NCBI GenBank assembly: GCA_965637545.1
Contig: OZ281501.1
Coordinates: 6,882,001 to 6,946,000, forward strand
From: Phallusia mammillata
Lineage: Eukaryota
Length of the DNA: 64,000 nucleotides
Reading direction: 5' to 3'
Position numbers and translations under genes: made by a program. The notes under the pieces were generated by a model, which worked only from the letters and a program-made list of their open reading frames with translations, was not told where the DNA came from and made no database searches. Positions within the stretch are counted from its first letter, which is position 1; each line of letters opens with the position of its first letter. This document shows positions 59,678 through 64,000 of this stretch, one piece after another.

Positions 59678-62600
59678 TCACAAACTTGGCACTTCGTATG
59701 GTGTTTCGTCGTTCGACGTCAAAGGCTCGTCGTCAGGGGTAACCCCTTCGGGCGGTTCCGTCATGGGATCGTCGGTGAGCAGGAGCGCGTGTTCGGATGA
59801 GCGCTCTGTAGTTCCACTTTCAAAGTAAATTCGGTCGTATCCTAAAGTCACGCGGTCTCCGTTCGCCGTCTACATAAATTTAAAAATATGAAAGCAGTAG
59901 CTTTAAATTTTGTGATGAGTTTTAAAAAGTTCGGTGGCGCATGTTTTGATTTAATTTTGGATAGAACCTTTTGAAAACTCGGGTAAAACCGAAATGTAGT
60001 AATGTATGAAATTTAGGCCTAAAACTATACAACAGACTAATTTATCTACATGTAGTTAACTGATAAACGTCGTGTTTTTAGCAAACTAGGCCCAAATTAT
60101 GGTATTTGTCTTGAAAAGTAAAAAGCGAATTTACTTAATGGAGGAAACGTATTCATACTGGGATCAGCCCTGAAGCGTCGATGCAGACCAGCGATCACGG
60201 CATACATATCAATAAATCGTAGTACGCCAGGCCTACAAGTGCAGCATACAAGGCAGGCAAACGGTGCTTGTGATTCGACTTTCGGCGGTTTCTCCACTGA
60301 GCCTGTGTAGTTGGTATAGAGCGCGAGTCCCGGAAAGACTCCAGTCGTGGGTTCGAATCCCACCGCAGGCTAGATTTTTCTAGTCTATGCCTTGCCATAT
60401 GAGATTGCTTGGGAGACCAGCTGATTCGGTACAACGCCTTTATAGGCCTGGCGTACTACGATTTACTTAATAGAAGCATGCACGTAAGAACTGTAGTTGT
60501 GCCCAGCAAAATACTAGAACGATTTGTCTAGGATAGGTCAGATTTTGTCCAAATGATTCTTTTAAATCACAAAAAAGGGCTAAAGAAGCAAAAAAGAAAC
60601 AACCCTTTAGTAAAAGCGACCTAAATAGGATGTCAAAACGACGGTATACGCAAATACCATTGCCACAAGGGTTACATCATACCTGGCATAAAGTACAGTC
60701 TGCTTTAATTTGGGGTATTGACCACAAAGTTTAGGATCATCGTCATACCTGGTCGTCGTCACTGGCTTCGATTTCAGTGACAACTTCGTCTTCATAACCG
60801 TTGTCGAGATGTAAAAGTCCATTTGAATCGCTTGTTGCATCCCCATTGTTCAGTTTAGTGGATTCGCCGCTTAGGCTTGTTACCTCGCTGGCATTCAACT
60901 CACTGTATCTCATGTTTTCGACTTCGTTCCGAGAGGGCGACATGAAGTGACGGAATCTATAAAGTAGCAAAAAGACGCATTTTATCTATGTGTACCAGTG
61001 TAACTTCGATAAAGAGCGCAAATTTTTCAAAATTGTAAAAAAAACGTTCATGTACATTGTATGTTGGATAACATAAAATGTGGATCAACTCCAAACGCTT
61101 AGACACCGTTAACCGTTCAGTATTCGCTTTTAAACAATAAAGTATCTTTGACTATACTTACCCCAAACCTTTGGTCTTCTTTCTGTAGACGAACCACAAG
61201 ACCACTCCGACGATCAAAATGAACAGCACCGTTACTATGACGACGGGCGCAACTGGAGACGCTCCAGCAGCTTCGCCTGTCACGTGACAAGTCTTGCCGC
61301 TCGGACAGCCGCATTTGCCAGCAACGCAAGTTTCACCGTCTGTGCACGTCACTCCCACGCATGCGCAGTGGAGCATTTTCGCACGCCCTGATGACGTCAC
61401 TTGCGGGCAGCGGCACGAGTAGGACTCACCGTCGTTCAGACACAACGTGGTCAGGTTCGAGTTGCAGCGAGTACATCTACCCGATTTTTTGCTAAGTTGC
61501 ATAGCAATAGAGGTTTGTGGGACTCCGTCGGCTATAGCAATGGCGGGCGGATTCCCTAAACCGTAATCAACCCATTCTAGGCGTGAGAGTTGCGCGAATG
61601 GGGCAACCCGCTTCGGGCCGCTGTTAAAAAGAAACGGGACAGTTTGGTGGGATTTGCTCAGTCGTTGGGTGGCGCTCGAGGGTAGCGTGTGCGCCAGTTT
61701 GTGGATACGCAGTACACGGAAAGTCAGCGAAGTTGTGGCAAATATGTAGTCCCCGAAGAGAGCAATGGTTTTCGGCCAGATGTGGATATCAAACTGCCGA
61801 ACAAGAACCTGACCAGTGCCGTCAAAGTCCGAACTCCAGATTGACCTGGATTTGCTATCGACCCAGTATATCCTGGAGGCAGGTTCATCCACAACTACAC
61901 TATTGGGCCATTGCATGTTTTTAGATCGTATAGTGATGTGGTTGGCACCACGTTGCCCGTTCGTTGGGAGACGGAGAATTGAAGGTTTGATGACGTCAGT
62001 ACCTCCGTCAGCGACGAACATGAATCCTGTGGTCAGAAATAATCAAGTCAGTTGCTTACACGTACTTAAAAAGTTAGCATACAAACTTTCTGCAATCTTA
62101 TAAAAATATCGACTAAAGAACGTTAAAGGGTTATGGTATATTCAAAGAATCAGATTAAGTGAAAAACTTTCCTTTAAAAGCATGAGTATTTTACTTTACA
62201 CAAAATAATGTCATTTTATTACTAGGACTAATCTTACCACATTATTACATTTGAAAAAGGTGGACAGCAAAGTTATAGCCGTAACCAACCTGTTTGTATG
62301 CTTAGCGCGACATCTAAGGGCCAGTTAATCATCGAGTTTTCACTGTTGTATATCGCAAAGTGTTCGAGCGGTCGTTTGGAAGTCTGACTTTTTTGTATGG
62401 GCATGATATGTACAGACCGCGTCCCAAGATCGCTCCAATATAGATTTGAACCAACCCAGTCGAAGTCAAGACCGCTGGGCCGATGTTTGGCTGGCAAGCG
62501 AAGAAGCTAAAAGAAAATGATTTAATAACGAAATGCAGTTAATAAAAGCATAAAGCTAATAAATAATAGCAGGCAGTGTACATGGCTATAGCAGAGTTGT

Positions 62601-63968
62601 AAGTCGGGCAGAGCTTTTCGGGCCCGGTTCAGGTTCGGGTCGCGTTCGGGCTTAGGTTTTTCTTGATTTGGGTCTGACTTTACACTCTGTGTCAGTATTT
62701 TTGACTAGCTAAGTAATCAGTTTCTGGACCAGGACTAATATCAAACAGCCCCCAAACGCCTTGTTCAAGACAAATTGTCAATTGTGTTTGTTGTCTTGTC
62801 TTTTTTGAGGCTTCAGTGTATATGCCTGTCATTTTTTTGTGCTTGTACTTTCGGGTTCTGGCCGGGTTCGAGCTCGAATTTCAGACCCGTTTACCACTCA
62901 GGGCTATACTAGTCAATACGGCCCATGTCTTGTCACCAGGTGCACTGATGAAACGCAATTTCGTTGTTTAAATGCAAACGATCAACACAAACCAGTGTAG
63001 GGTGTTTTCCATTCCACGAGTAAATACCGCGGTGTTTTGAGTCGATCCAATATATTGTGTCGTCCACAACAGACGGAGTCATCCTGCACACAAGACTTAA
63101 ATGTTAGGTAGCATTTGATACAAATGTTAAACCTAATATTTCCTAATAAATTTGAGGAAATAATTTACCACAATTTGTACCCACTGTTTTATCTACGATA
63201 AGATGCCACGAGCAGCGGTGCCTACGATTCTGATGTTGACAAGAGGGTATAGCTTGTCGGTTTATAGAGCGCGCTATACACCATAGTTAAAGATCGAATT
63301 TGTTTCGACGTTGGTATGTGAGAAAGGCTAAGGTTTGCCTACGCCGGAGCAGCAGTCTTGCTCCTCGTAGCAAGTAACACCATTATTTATGCTTGACACA
63401 AATCTAGTTAATGGCAAGTAAATTTTACAAAAGTGTAAATTACGAGGCGGGATCAAATAAATTATCTCAAGGGTGTGAACTGTGAACCGATGAAAAATAC
63501 AGTGCCCCGTGTCGAAAGGTTTCTGTAATTTTTCTTTTCTATTGCAAAAACAAAATTTTGATCATTTAAGTCTAGTAGCGTATCACCCTTTAGCACTGAC
63601 CATCACCATGATATGTTTCGTGCTTAACAAAAACGAACATTTGAAGCTTTTTACTTGTGTTTGCCCAAACTTTATTTAAGACAACTTTGTAATTAAGACC
63701 TAAAATTTTTCAGCGACACTCTAAATTCTAGTTCCCAATGAACAGAGATTTATTACTAAGCACAATTTGTCTGACAATAGAAGAATGCTGAATGCAAAAC
63801 TTACCTGGTAACTTCGATACCGGATGAGTTGAACTGAACGACAGACTGTCGAGTGACCTTTACCGCCTCCAGTGGTGCAAAAATATGGATTGATGTTGGA
63901 ACACCAGATGTCGTAATGAGTCGCGCTGTTTGTTGTGGTGACCGCGACATTCGACAAAATGTATGGTA
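59678..63968 (-). CDS. YWTD beta-propeller + EGF single-pass receptor (LRP/cueball-like), 5'-partial
   Basis: Exons 63805-63968, 62993-63083, 62290-62506, 61162-62026, 60749-60956, 59678-59869, phase-consistent. YWID, GLDFDWVGSNLYWSD and WPNSVVVD..RIYWVDS repeats, two EGF-like Cys clusters, TM VVIVTVLFILIVGVVLWFVY, acidic tail. The gene continues beyond 64000. Confidence 0.9.
60213..60465. mobile_element. TA-flanked MITE (Tc1/mariner-like ends) enclosing a tRNA-like sequence
   Basis: Perfect 23-bp inverted repeat taaatcgtagtacgccaggccta (60213-60235) / taggcctggcgtactacgattta (60443-60465), with terminal TA at both ends. Confidence 0.8.
60301..60371 (+). ncRNA. tRNA-like cloverleaf (pseudo-tRNA or SINE head) inside the MITE
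   Basis: Acceptor stem gcctgtg/cgcaggc, anticodon stem gagtc/gactc with loop ccggaaa, perfect T-arm gtggg-ttcgaat-cccac, T5 run just downstream. D-stem is defective and position 33 is C. Confidence 0.6.
62592..62901. mobile_element. hAT-like MITE (ttcggg-rich family) in a receptor intron
   Basis: Ends cagagttgtaagtcggg / acccgtttaccactcag, TSD ggctatag / ggctatac (7 of 8). Confidence 0.75.
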
Positions 63969-64000
63969 CTATAATTATAACAAGTTTAATACGAAATAAA

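Noticed and set aside
60301-60371. Functional tRNA-Ser(GGA) gene
   Set aside because: D-stem missing, C at position 33, no long variable arm, and embedded in a TIR element; kept only as tRNA-like.
63140-63410. Cys-containing open stretch as an extra receptor exon
   Set aside because: No acceptor/donor pair gives a stop-free, phase-compatible exon, and the flanking exons join directly in phase 2.
63721-63957. Track ORF MSNVAVTTT... as the receptor exon frame
   Set aside because: Splice phase to the next YWID exon requires the other open frame (YHTFCRMSRSP...EVTR).

Overview
AT-rich eukaryotic genomic DNA with compact GT-AG introns. Gene content and structure suggest an invertebrate chordate, probably a tunicate (inference only). 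By manual exon walking I assembled six minus-strand protein-coding genes: a KLHL24-like BTB-BACK-Kelch gene (3' end not found in the window), an 18-exon delta-2-type protocadherin, a strictosidine-synthase-like/APMAP-family beta-propeller that has lost its metal ligands, NXT1/p15, a type II membrane BRICHOS-domain precursor with an acidic spacer, a dibasic site and a short beta-rich C-terminal peptide, and the 3' part of a YWTD/EGF (LRP/cueball-like) receptor. Two small plus-strand spliced ORFs of unknown function are also possible. Introns and intergenic DNA carry many non-autonomous DNA transposons (hAT-type MITEs with 8-bp TSDs, some nested; an internally deleted piggyBac; a TA-flanked MITE carrying a tRNA-like cloverleaf), tRNA-derived SINE-like pieces and tandem repeats. 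About 16 kb upstream of the protocadherin has no recognisable gene. No rRNA, CRISPR array or clearly functional tRNA gene was seen. The best candidate for a novel system is the BRICHOS precursor. Family assignments come from remembered motifs, not from database searches.
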